DNA from: Fonticula alba ATCC 38817
Taxonomy: Eukaryota > Protista > Nucleariida
DNA: 21,963 bases
Direction: 5' to 3' (one strand)
NCBI GenBank assembly: GCA_000388065.2
Contig: KB932208.1
The notes below the pieces were generated by a model. That model was not told where the DNA came from and did no database searches. It saw only the letters and a list, made by a program, of their open reading frames with translations. Positions within the stretch are counted from its first letter, which is position 1; every line of letters begins with the position of its first letter. Shown here in pieces: positions 8,456 to 19,563 of the stretch. Position numbers and translations under genes: made by a program.

Positions 8456-9353
8456 ATGTTCCCCGCCCCGGCAGCCGAGATCTATGGCTTTGTCCTTTAC
8501 TTCGGGTCGTTCTTCGGCTTCCGTGCGTCCCCGGGCCCCCTCCTGCCACCTGTCAGCCACCGGTTGCCCGGCCACTCACCCGCCCATCTTCTTGTTGCCC
8601 CTCTTGCTTTCCCTGCTTCTCTCGGCCCCCCCCCCGATCGCAGTTGTCTTCCTTTGCTGGGCCTTGCTCCCGGAGCCGGTGCTTCACTCGCTCGGCTTTA
8701 CCTACTACCCGGACCAGTGCGCATGGGCCTGTTCCCCCACCACCTCGCCGCCCATCGCCACACTCCTCTCCGACCAGCCCTTCTTACCTGCCGCGCTGCA
8801 TTTACCCCCCCCCCCCCCCGGTACTCGTGCTTGCTCCTTCTTCCTCCTCGGACGCCTCCCAGCTGGTGGGCAGTGGCCCTGCCGGCACATCTGACAATGT
8901 CGATCATCTACATCCTGGTCGTGTACTATGGGTACATTTTGCTGAAGTCCCCGTCGCTGGATGATCCTCGGACGATTGTCGGTGCGTGTGCTCCCCGCCT
9001 CGGCTCCCTCCCTGCCCTTGGCCGCCTGGCTGACATGGCCTTGGTATGCCGTTGGCCGGTGCTCCCCTTCCCGCGCCGCAGACTCGCACTCCCGCGTGGG
9101 CCTGCTTCGCCCGGCCATCCCGCAGCAATGCCCCCCCGTGTCGGCGGTCGATCTCGCGCCGCACCCGGAGGCCGGGGGCTCCCTGGAACACGGGCATGGG
9201 CCCCTCCCGGCGGCAGGTGCCATGATGACCGTGCCCACGGACCCGTATGCCCCGTTGCCGGCCCTCAGCGACATCCCCCTGTCGGCCACCAATCGGGTAC
9301 TTTTCTATGGAGGCCGGCCGCCCGGGCCCCTTCCCCCCGTGTCAAGAGCCTGA
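8456..9353 (+). CDS. PIGP: GPI-GlcNAc transferase subunit P (PIG-P/Gpi19); exons 8456-8522, 8644-8716, 8863-8981, 9082-9353, 176 aa
   Basis: The spliced product has EIYGFVLY, WALLPEPVLHSLGFTYYPD, WWAVALP, SPSLDDPRTIVD and PALSDIPLSATNRVLF, matching PIG-P motifs. All three GT-AG introns are phase-compatible. Confidence 0.92.
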
Positions 9354-9696
9354 CCCCCCGTCCCGGGGCCACTGCATGCGTTCCTCGCCCGACTGTGGGG
9401 GGCGCCAGGTGCATGCCCAACACAAAGCCAGCTGCTCACTCGCCCCTTCATCGCCGGCCTGCTGGGGGGGGGGGGGGGGCATGTCCATGCACGTACTCCC
9501 GTCGCGGGAGTTTGGTCTATTGGTAATGGTGGTCCTCCCGAGCCAGCGGGGTACATTACAGGGCCTATGCAGGAGCGCGGCCAAGAAGAGGGAGTGGAGA
9601 GGGAGAGGGGGGCAGAGAGAGAGAGATAACAAGAGAGAGGGAGAGATAGCAAGGGGGGGAGGAAGGGCGCCAGGGGGCGGGGGTGACGCTGGTCAC

Positions 9697-9921
9697 TCAT
9701 TGGCTCGGTCCTCCGCCGGGCTGCATGACTGACAGCCACCGGAGGGAGGTGTTGAACTCGAGTCCTTCGGCGATGGCGCGCTGGGTGCGTGCATACGAGA
9801 CGCCAACTGGTTGAAGGGTGCCGTGGGGCAGATTAGCATCGGAAGTGGGGCGCGACAAAAAAAAATACACATGACCCGAGCGCAAGCAGCGGCAGATGGA
9901 AAGAGGGCCGCATGGGCGAGG

Positions 9922-9972
<51 letters not shown>

Positions 9973-12900
9973 CTGCGTACGATTGTAGAAGCCCAGCAAT
10001 TCGATGAATGGGTTTTGTGCGATGCCATCACGGAGAATGGCCAGCACCATGTCGGTGTCGCTCATATTCCCCGGCCCGGTGGGCTCGGCGGGCTGGTAGT
10101 CCCGGCCAAAGCACAACGCCGGGATATTATCTGGCGCAGGGAAGGACCGGGCAGCGGTGTCAGGTGGGAGAGAAAGAGAGAGAGAGAGAGGAAGAGAGAG
10201 CAGCATGGGGCAGGGGCAACCACAGCGATGGCGGCGGCAGCGGTGGGGAAAAAAAAGAAGAGGAGGCCGAGGCAACATCAATGGATCCATGGTCATACGT
10301 TGGGCGAGGCTGCTAACAATGTAGCCGGGGAGCGGATCCTCCTGGACCGCGGGTCCTGATGATGGGGCAAGAAGGGGGGAAGGGAGGGGGGCGGTCAGCA
10401 GCGGAGGAGCATGCAGCAGCGCAGGACGCAGGGACGGGCCGTCGGCTGGGGAGCCTGTCCCCAGCTGTCGCAGACCAAGCGCAAACGCACCGGTGATCGA
10501 GAGGATGAGCCGCTTGATGGAGGACGAGAAGAACACAAGGCCGAGAAGAATGGCCAATCGCTTGGGATTGAGCCAGATGACTGCGCAGTGGGTGAGTAGG
10601 AATGTACGGCGGAGTGGCGGTGGTCGAGGTGGTGGCGGCGGGAATGAGGATGCCCCTCCAGGGGGCGGGACCGGGTCGCACAGCTTAGCTGCAGGGTGTG
10701 CAGCGACTGGAAGTTGTTCCAGTGGAGGAAAAGGTGGTCGACAAACTGATCGGCGAAGTAGAGGTCTGTCGGCGTGGCAAAGTGCGTGAGTCTACAGCAG
10801 GGGACACCGGCGCATGTGGAAGGCCCAGGCCCCGGGGAGGGTGTGGCCGTGTCGCACCCTTGAAGGACACATGGTACATGCCCCGGTGAAAGGGTATGGC
10901 CTCCAGCAGCTCGGGGGCACGCTCGTCCGAAATGAACGTGTCTATGCATATGGCAGGTCAGCCGAGTGGCCCGAGCGGCGCGCGCATGGTCGCATGCATG
11001 TGCGTCCATTCGGGGGCGTGTGTTTGCGAGGCAGGGCGCGAGGGTGGGAGGTGTACCGGTGATGTCGAAAAACTTCAAGCCCTTGGATTGGGCAAGAAGC
11101 CGAAGAAGGGAGCCCCGGGCGACGCTGACTATGGCCATGTGAGGGGGGTCGGCTGGGNNNNNNNNNNGCCCCGGGCGACGCTGACTATGGCCATGTGAGG
11201 GGGGTCGGCTGGGTGTCAATCATCGGGCGGAGCAGCGAGCATGTGGTCTCAAGGGGACCCAGGCGGGTGAGAGGAGGGGGGGGGGGGGATCGACTCAAGG
11301 CGCGAGTCACATACTCTCAAGGATCAGCACCTTCAGGGTGCTGATGCGGGGAAGAAGCACTGAGGAGGGACGCTCATCCTTGGTGGAGAGACCTGCATGG
11401 TTGTGTGCATGTGCACGCACAGCCCGCGGCCGAAGGGACGGTAAGATGGTGCCGCGGCAGTCAGTAGACGCCATCAGGGCGAGTCAGGGGCGGCAGCGGG
11501 GCAAGGGCAGGGGGGGGGGGGGGGGGGGGGGCGGGGGGGTGGTTCGACACACGCAGGCAAATCAGATCTTGCAGTATGGTCTCCAAGTTCCGAACGCTCT
11601 TTGAGGCCATCGTCGGGCTGTCAACTTGCGAGTCTGGGTATGGGCAAGAGAAGCGGAGCAGCGGAAATGTCAGCCGTGGAAACACGCGCAAAAAGGCCAC
11701 CGAGCAAACCCGGCACAATGGCCATCCACATACACTGAATGTGCAGGCTGGCCAGACGAATGGGGGCATACGGCGCGAAGGGGGTGATGAAGGGGACCAG
11801 GGAGGCTGCGAGGCCGGGGTGCATCCACATGTGTGTGCGTGAGAGGGGGAGAGAGAGAGAGAGAGGGAGAGAGTGGATGTGCGAGTGCCTCTGTGAGTGA
11901 CTGCATGTGTGTGCGTCTCGGTGCATGGATGATTGCGTGGGCCCATGCGCGGTCCGGTGTTCGAGGGGATGTGTTCACGGGCGGGCACGTGTGGGCCAGG
12001 GGACATACAGCACATGTTTAGATGCCGCAAATGCGGAGACTCATAATCGGCGCGGAATTGAGTCAGAGCGTCGGACAGAGGCATGGGGAAGAAGGAGTGA
12101 TCCGCCCACTCGGGGCAGCCAAGCATGTCGAAGGCCGGGATCTGTGCCTGGACCTGGGCAAAGGGCACCGTCGGCTGGGGCATGATGTGCACTTTGTTCT
12201 TGGCAGTATAGATGCGTAGCCCTGGGGCCATGGAGGTGGTGGCGGCGGTGGCCGGCGAGCAAGTCAAAGTAGAAGCATGTCAGCGGCCGGGCAGCGGCAA
12301 GCCAGGCAGGTGGTGGCCAGGGTGCGCACTCTTCATCGACAGGCCCATGAGGTTGTGGAAGGAGTAGAGGTAGCCCAGGAGCATGTTGATGGCATTATCG
12401 GAGATGGTGTTGGCTGAAGTCCGGCCAGGGGGAGGGGGGACATGAGTGTCGGAGGGGGAGGTGAGACCCGGTCCAGGGGGGGCGGCCAGGCGGGGAGGAA
12501 AAAGAGCGGCAAACAGGAGGCTGGCAAGGTGACAAGGCCCCATGTGCATGGGGGGGGGGGAGGAGCGGGGGGGACGCACAGTTGATGCACAAGTATCGCC
12601 GATAGGGCCCCTGGTGGATGCTCTTGAAGAGCTCACCCCAGTCTTTGGCCAAAGTACTGACGTCTGACGCCGGGCACGCGGCAGGGGCACACAGAAGGTG
12701 AGCATCCAATCGACATCAGATGGCAAGGTCGGCGGGCAGGCATCGCCTGGCCTCCTCCGTCCCGGGCCCTTGCCGCAAAGGCACACGTACCATTGAGTTT
12801 GAGGAAGAGAAGCGCCGGATTGCTTTTCAGCGGTTGCCTGAGAAAGTTGAAGCTGCCGAAGCAGTTGCCTGCATGGCGAGAGTGGGGGCCGGTCAGCACA

Positions 12901-14048
12901 AGCATCCGGGGCCGGGGCCACATGACAAGCGGCGGGCTGGCACCGGGACACAACGCACCGGACAGATCGACCGAAGTGAGACCCGGTGACATGAGGATCG
13001 TCGTGAGTAGGGATGCCTGGGCGCAGGACACAATGAGGCTGGCTGTGGACGAGGACACCAGATGTCAGACACATGCGGGGTAGAAAGCAAGTCTCCACAC
13101 GGGCGAGCTTGCAACAACATCAACAGCAGCAGCAGCAGCGGCAACAGCAACAGCAGCAGCAGCAGCAGCGGCAGCAGCAGCAGCGGCAACAGCAACAGCA
13201 GCAGCGGCAACAGCAACAGCAGCAGCGGCAACAGCAGCGGCGGCGGCAGCAGCAGCAGCGGTAACAGCAGCAGCAGCAGCAGCAGCAACGGCAACAGCAG
13301 CAGCAACAGCACACGTACACTTCATGGAAAGGTGCTTGACGGAGGTCGCACGCTCTTGGAAAATGGATGCCAGTGCCTTGAGGTAGGGTGTGCTATTCTT
13401 CTGCATCGGCTTGCAGTCTACGCACGCGGCGTCGCCACGGGACGGCGGTTGTCAGGGTCGCCGGGGAACAAATGACCAGCCAATTCATGCATGAGCGAGT
13501 GAAGGGACAGGACCGGTGCAGGGACCGAAGACGCACTGTCGAGATAGATGCTGACGAGGTTGGGGAAGAACCGGCTGGCGATGGACGGGGGGATGGAGGT
13601 GGCTGGATCGAAAGCACCCCCCTCGAAGGGGTGCTCCCTGTCCTCCAGCACATGATGCGGGGTGACCCGCCGGTCTGAGGGGGAGGGATGTCTCGTGTCA
13701 AGGGCCGGCACTTGCATCAGGGGGGAGGGAGGAGCAGCAAGGAGGGCCGTCGTCCGAGGACGAAGCGCAACTGCACGGGGCGTACTGTAGATAAGATGCA
13801 AGCGCCGGGGGAAGATACTCTCCGGGGGGAGAAAGATGTGGACATCGTCAACCGGACAGAAGAAAACCTGACCTGCAGGTGGGGGGGGGGGGGGGGGACA
13901 AGGAGCCCGGCGAGCGGTCCGATTGTGAGCAGAGGAGTCCACCGGGAAGGGGGGGGGGGGGCTTTTTTTGACGAGCGATGGATGGATGCGTACTGGAGAT
14001 GCTCAGGTCCGGCTCGAAGGGGTCCTGAAATGCAGGCACGTTGGCCAT
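9697..14048 (-). CDS. Diverged leucine-rich-repeat (RNI-like) protein, 19 exons, about 607 aa
   Basis: Exons on the minus strand: 14048-13994, 13872-13786, 13674-13537, 13417-13319, 13042-12959, 12868-12791, 12663-12580, 12413-12330, 12221-12009, 11805-11734, 11633-11553, 11392-11315, 11152-11057 (after collapsing the gap duplication), 10941-10858, 10765-10682, 10580-10491, 10355-10299, 10130-9981, 9806-9697. The frame stays open across 18 GT-AG introns. LxxLxL-type motifs recur, e.g. GLTSVDLSGN, SLHTLQLS and LEFNTSLRWLSV. No specific ortholog recognised. Confidence 0.82.
9924..9971. repeat. (TG)24 microsatellite in the last intron of the LRR gene
   Basis: Perfect dinucleotide run. Confidence 0.95.
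11112..11213. other. Assembly artefact: 46-bp direct duplication flanking a 10-N gap
   Basis: 11112-11157 is identical to 11168-11213, and Ns occupy 11158-11167. Collapsing the copies restores a 96-nt in-frame LRR exon. Confidence 0.85.
13111..13310. repeat. Imperfect (CAG/CAA/CGG)n trinucleotide repeat inside intron 4 of the LRR gene
   Basis: Visible repeat between the GTACGT donor at 13318 and the acceptor at 13043 on the minus strand. Confidence 0.9.
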
Positions 14049-14371
14049 GGCGATCTGCCGGGGTTCGGTGGTGTGCGATCCCGTCCTGTTGGTGTGGCTG
14101 TTTGTCCTCCGGGCGCCCGTTTGCTATGTCTACCTTTAGATCCTTAGCCAGCGGCGGCGGGCCGAAGGAGAGAGAGAGAGAGAGGCAGAGAGCTGGAGTT
14201 CCGGAGGTGCAAGTAGGGAGATGCGAGGAGGAGGTGCGTGGCGCAGGGGTCGCGGTGTATGTGGGTTATGGCCGGGTGGGGGGCGAGGGCGAGGGCGAGG
14301 GCCGGATGATCGACTATGCGGGGAGGGGGGGGGATGACAAATGCGCATGTGCTTGGTACGTGCGGGTGATG

Positions 14372-14377
14372 TTTATA
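14372..14377 (-). promoter_or_regulatory. Possible TATA element for the LRR gene
   Basis: TATAAA on the minus strand in a short AT-rich patch about 325 nt upstream of ATG 14048. Confidence 0.3.
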
Positions 14378-14467
14378 TTAATACATCCGTGTGTGTGTGT
14401 GTGTGTGTCCAGAGGGATCCTCTGGAGGAACGGAGGCCACATGCCGGGGAGCCACGCGATAGGGGGC

Positions 14468-14758
14468 GGGACGGCCACCGACCGAGGCGACTCTCGGGCG
14501 GGAGACGCCTCTTCCCCGGGAGATCTGTTTCGCGGGGACGACCCCTTCTGCCTTTGCGCCCCGCTGCGCGGCTCTGCGCAGGGGAGCTCCCGGAGGCCTC
14601 CCAACGTGTGCTCTTCCGATCTGGGACGGCCACCGACCGAGGCGACTCTCGGGCGGGAGACGCCTCTTCCCCGGGAGATCTGTTTCGCGGGGACGACCCC
14701 TTCTGCCTTTGCGCCCCGCTGCGCGGCTCTGCGCAGGGGAGCTCCCGGAGGCCTCCCA
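14468..14758. other. Assembly artefact: 136-bp false tandem duplication joined by Illumina adapter sequence
   Basis: 14468-14603 equals 14623-14758. The spacer 14604-14622, ACGTGTGCTCTTCCGATCT, is the 3' end of the TruSeq read-2 primer sequence. Confidence 0.95.
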
Positions 14759-14838
14759 GCGGGGGGGCGGTCCGGCAAAAAGCCCTGGAAGGCCCGAGGC
14801 CTGGGAAGGTGCCAATTCTTTGCCCGAGGTTCCCACAC

Positions 14839-15075
14839 TGCCTGGGCCAGTGCGTGGGGATTCGACGTCATCGGGCACACCCTGACAGCCGTGGGCCCGC
14901 GCCCCGGGGCGGGGAGACACGACGGTGGCGGCGTTGANNNNNNNNNNNNNNNNNNNNNNNNNNNNNNNNNCTTGTAATGCCTGGGCCAGTGCGTGGGGAT
15001 TCGACGTCATCGGGCACACCCTGACAGCCGTGGGCCCGCGCCCCGGGGCGGGGAGACACGACGGTGGCGGCGTTG
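14839..15075. other. Assembly artefact: 98-bp false duplication around a masked TruSeq indexed adapter
   Basis: 14839-14936 equals 14978-15075. The spacer is A + 33 N + CTTGTA + A. The TruSeq arm GATCGGAAGAGCACACGTCTGAACTCCAGTCAC is 33 nt long, CTTGTA is index 12, and the next adapter base is A. Confidence 0.88.
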
Positions 15076-16025
15076 GGCGCTTTTTCCTCTTTCCCGGCTC
15101 CGCCCCCCTCCTGCCCGCGGCCCTCGGCGGGGGCCTTTCATGGCCGCCCGGCGCAACGCCAATGGATGGGGAGCCCTGGGGGGCCGGGCTCCGGAGGCGG
15201 CGGGGGGCGGGGGATGCCGGCCGCTCTAGATGTTTCTCGGGCCGGGGGGAAGTGGTCAGCAAGTCGCATCGGCCAGGGGGGGGGGGGGGGGTTCCTGCCG
15301 GGCCGGCACCGTCAACTAGTGGGAGGGGTCCCCCGCCCCCCGTCCGGGGGGGGGCGCCCGGGGTGTCACCCCCCTCGACCGCGGCCCCGGCGCCGGCGCG
15401 ACGCGCATCACACATCCACCCCGACACCGAGACGCGGGACACACGCCGCCGAGGGGCGCCCCACCCACTGGGGCCATGTAAAAGTACCGGGAATGCGGCG
15501 ATTGCCCAGTTGCGCAAAGACCCCCCCCGCCCCTCTTGGCTCTAGCTGGCTCTGGCTGTGGCGGGCGTGGCGCATCACGCCCGGCGGGGTGGCGGTGGCG
15601 GGGGGGGGGGGGGGGGGGAGCTGACGGGACAGTTCTTTTGCTCCAAGTGCCGGTGGGCCCGGCTCCTCGGGCCTATTCGAGCCATGGAAAGCCTCAGCCC
15701 CTGCCCTCGTCCCCTCCGTCCCCCTCGCGCCCCCTCCCTCCCTCCCTCCACCGCCCTCCACCGCCCTCCACCGCCCTCCCCTCGCGCCCCCTCTGTTCAT
15801 CGCCCCTCGCCCCCTCCCGGAACGCTGTGCGTGTGCTGCGCACGTCCTGCGCCCTGCCCCTCCCCCTTCCCGTGTATCGCCTTGCACCGCCACCGCCACC
15901 GCCACCACCGCCCGCCTCCTACCCTCCCGACCTGGTACCTGACATCTCGGACCCCCTTTCGCCCCTCGCCGGCGCCACCCCGCCCCCGGCATCACACTCG
16001 CACACGAAGCCTCCCTCTCAACACC

Positions 16026-17552
16026 ATGGTGCGTGTCCCCTTTCGTTGCCTGCCATGCCCGTATCCCCTGCTCCTCCTGACACCTCGCGCTCCCTCCCCC
16101 CCTGCCGCTCTTCCTGCGTGTGCGGATGCCTGTGCGTGCGCCCCCCCCCCCCCCTCCCTCCCCCTAGTCCATCATGAGCTATAACGGTTCGGCCATGCTC
16201 GCCATGGTCGGCCGCGACTGCGTCGCCATCGCCTCCGACACCCAGCTCAGCGCCAATGGCCAGATGATTTCCACCGACTTCCAGCGTGTCCATATGGTCA
16301 ACAACAATGTCATGATCGGCATGAGTGGCCTTGCCACCGATGTGCAGACCCTGTGCGTCGGTCTCTCCCCTGGCGTCTCTTTGCTTTTGGCTAGGGCTTC
16401 CCCCCCCCCCCCCCTCTCCCATCCCCCTTCGCCGGAGTATGGCGAAGCGGGCTCTCGCTGGCCCCTCACCGGCTCCCCTCCGACTCTGACCCTCGCCCAT
16501 CCCGGTTTCGCTTCCTCCGTCCGGTGTCTGCTGTGCCCCTACAGGTGGGCCGACTTCCGTGCCCGCACCAAGATGTACAAGCTCCGCGAGGAGCGTGACA
16601 TCAGCCCCCGTGCCTTTGCGCATATGGTGTCTTCGGCTCTGTACCAGCGCCGGTGCGTTGAGCGCGGCCTCGCCTCGGTCACCGGGCCGGGCCCACGGCC
16701 TGCCCCGGCCCCNNNNNNNNNNNNNNNNNNNNNNNNNNNNNNNNNNNNNNNNNNNNNNNNNNNNNNNNNNNNNNNNNNNNNNNNNNNNNNNNNNNNNNNN
16801 NNNNNNNNNNNNNNNNNNNNNNNNNNNNNNNNNNCTCCTTCCTGGCCCCCGCCCCTCCCCTCCCTCCCTCTCCACGAGTCAGCTTCGGCCCCTATTTCAT
16901 CGAGCCCGTCATCGCCGGCATCGACCCGGACACCAAGAAGCCCTATGTCTGCTCCACCGACATCATCGGCTGCATCGAGAAGTCCCCGAACTTTGTCGTC
17001 GCCGGGACGTGCACGGAGAACCTGTACGGCATGTGCGAGACCCTCTTCCGGCCAGACATGGTACGTCCATGCCTCTCCCTGTGTCCGCCCTTCTCTCGGG
17101 CCTCCTCGCGCCCTTTGCCTTTCCCGCTGCTTCCTGCCACTCATCCCGTACTGCCGGCATCCATCCATCCCCCCTCCCCGCTCCCCTTCCTCTGGCGCCC
17201 CATGTAGGATGCCGATGACCTCTTCGAGACCGTCGCCCAGGCCCTCGTCAATGCCTTCGACCGTGATGCATACAGTGGCCAGGGTGCCATTGTCCATATC
17301 CTGTGCGTCCTCGCCCCCCGAGCGCGCCCCGTCAAAGCAGCTCCCATTTCCCGGTCTTTCCTCTCCCCCGCCCCCTCCCNNNNNNNNNNNNNNNNNNNNN
17401 NNNNNNNNNNNNNNNNNNNNNNNNNNNNNNNNNNNNNNNNNNNNNNNNNNNNNNNNNNNNNNNNNNNNNNNNNNNNNNNNNNNNNNNCCCCCGGCCCCCA
17501 CAGCACCCCCACCGAGTTGATCACTCGCACGATCAAGACTCGCACCGATTGA
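16026..17552 (+). CDS. PSMB3: 20S proteasome subunit beta type-3; exons 16026-16028, 16168-16352, 16545-16652, 16883-17060, 17208-17302, 17504-17552, 205 aa
   Basis: The spliced protein has [55 protein letters not shown] and [10 protein letters not shown] gaps at 16713-16834 and 17380-17487 fall in introns, and exon phases are compatible across them. Confidence 0.97.
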
Positions 17553-18067
17553 GCGAGCAATGCGGCTGTCGCCGCTCGGCTTCCCTCCCTGTCCCGCCGG
17601 ATGTCTCTGGCCGCCCCTTTTCTCCCTCTCCATGTATTCATAGTCTCCCCTCCCTGTCTTTTTATTCCTCCCCGGCCCCCCACAATCTCCCCCCGCCCCC
17701 CCCTCCCGGCCTGGCCTGCCAGGCGCATTGGCTCCCGGCCACCTGGGACGCGAGGGGATGGTGGGCGGCCGGCCCGGGGCCCGAAGTATGCTCGCGCACG
17801 GATGCCATGGCACTTGTGCGACCGGCCGCGTGCGCCTCTCCCTCCTCCTGTCCTTCCTGAAATGATGGTCGCCCCCTTCAAATGAACAAACACACTCCAA
17901 GCCCCTGTTCTCCTCGTGCACCTGTGGTCGTGCTTATTTTACCATTTATTCACCTCATATTGTGCGTGCGCATGTGCGATCGTCAGCGCCGAGCAGCGCC
18001 GGGGGCCGTGTTTCAGCCGAGGAAGCTGACACCGGGGGGCTGTCTTTCCCCCCAACACGACGGCCAT

Positions 18068-18486
18068 CTACTGGGGGAACATCTGAATGATGGCTACATG
18101 CCCAGGGGAGGTGACCGGGCAGGGGAAAGACATGTTAGTGGCGGTGTGGCACTTTGCCGTTAAGAGGCATGGCAGACTGGACCCCCCCTCCCCCCGGCGC
18201 CCGGGGGCAACACCAGTGAAAACGCACAGGAGCTCAGCAGGAGGACCAGGATGGCGATCACAACGCCGGTAGCCAGCTGAGGCGTCAGGCTCTGCTTCTT
18301 GCTGGTCTTCTTGACCTCATTGCGAGAGAGGATGCGCTTGCCGGCGGCATTGCGGACAGCCTTGTTGGAGGAGGACTGAGCGGGTGCGGGAGAGGCAGGC
18401 AGGTGAGAACATGGCCAGGAGCCATCATCGCGGATGCATGTGGGGAGGGCCATAGGGGACCCGCTTGGGAGGGATGGGCGTACCAT
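18068..18486 (-). CDS. SERP1: RAMP4/SERP1-like small ER membrane protein; exons 18486-18484, 18375-18228, 18093-18068, 58 aa
   Basis: Product: MSSSNKAVRNAAGKRILSRNEVKKTSKKQSLTPQLATGVVIAILVLLLSSSIIQMFPQ. The basic KRILSRNEVKKTSK aligns by eye with SERP1 KNITQRGNVAKTSR. It is followed by one transmembrane helix and SSIIQMF, similar to SAIFQII. Intron 2 has a CACTAAC branch site. Confidence 0.72.
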
Positions 18487-19563
18487 GATTCGGACTGCGG
18501 CCGGCAGGAGGCGCACCGGCGGGAATAGACGCAAAAAGACAAGAGCAAGCAGGGAGGGCGTCAGTACGGAGCACAAAGCGCGGGACAGGACGCAGAGGAG
18601 GCACGTTCAGCCGGCAAAACACACAAGGAGGAAAAGGGGAGACGGCGCGGCGAGGGCAGAGCTCAGAAGGGGGAAGCGGAAGGGAAGGAGGCGATGCCTT
18701 GGAAGGTGTGGTGCCGGATGAGCTCACCCTGGCCGGGCGGTCCCCCTTGAGAAAGGGCGCATTGAGGGGGTCCGGGCGCGCCCGCCACCCCCGCCCCCCG
18801 CCGCCAGGAGGGGCGCCCTGCCTGCAGGATCCGGTTGCGGGAAAAGTGCAAGGCCGGAGGGGCGGGGGAAGAAACAAATAGAGCAGAGATCCCCCGTCGA
18901 GCACTTGTCCGCCCCCCCCCCCCCCCCCGGCGAAACAATCGGACCCCAGGGGGCCCGGCAGGGGAGGCCGGAAGCGCGGGATAGCCCGTGCGCCAATATC
19001 GCAGACACATCCGCGGACAAACGCCCCGCCTGTTGCCCCCCCTCCCCCCCCCGCCGGCCGCCGTCTCTCCGGCGCTCGGCCCCGCCAGAGGCGGACGGAG
19101 CTGCGAAAGGGGCTGACGGGCTGACACCCGGGAGGATCACGTGTCATCGGATAGCTTTTATTTGAATCTCCCGTTGCGCCCGCGCCCCCGGAAGCGGTGC
19201 CGGGGGCGCGGGCACAGGGAGGGGGGGGGGGGCAACGCAGGACACGGGGCGCCTGGAGGCGATCTCCGCCACCGTTGTCGGGCACGCGTCCCCCCCCGCC
19301 CCCCGCTCCTGCGTTGCCCGGATCGCTGCGATGCCAACGGCCGGCGACGGGCGCCACTGCGGCTCTAGCCCGGGCAGTTTTGTCGCCCTTTTTCGGCGGC
19401 CAATCTCGATGACCCGGGGGCTTCGACCGGGGGGCCCACTGCAGCATTTCCGCCCCCTCCCCTCCCCTCCCCCCCGCCCCGCTCCCCCCTCCGCCCGGCT
19501 GCGCACTCGCCCCGATCGCTGTCCCCCCCCCCCCATCTCCCCTCTCCCGGCACCCATCTTGCG

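Noticed and set aside
8006-9526. 506-aa ORF spanning PIG-P
   Set aside because: It reads through introns, and only two PIG-P exons are in this frame.
12280-12282. TGA suggesting two separate minus-strand genes
   Set aside because: The TGA is part of a GCTGAC branch site inside a phase-1 intron (12329-12222), and the frame continues across it.
12893-13475. PolyQ, polyS, polyA, polyL and polyC ORFs
   Set aside because: All are frames of an intronic CAG-type repeat. Intron retention would hit a stop at 13065.
14468-15075. Direct repeats with spacer as CRISPR, LTR or transposon target duplication
   Set aside because: The spacers are Illumina adapter sequence, and the context is eukaryotic with no cas or transposase genes.
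15080-15560. Branch- and acceptor-like motif on the minus strand near 15225-15260, suggesting an additional gene or long LRR 5' UTR
   Set aside because: No supportable coding exon or matched donor could be assigned.
17859-18030. ATGATGG ... CTGA as a third C/D snoRNA
   Set aside because: Imperfect C box, about 165-nt spacing, no terminal stem and no guide. It lies in convergent 3' UTRs.
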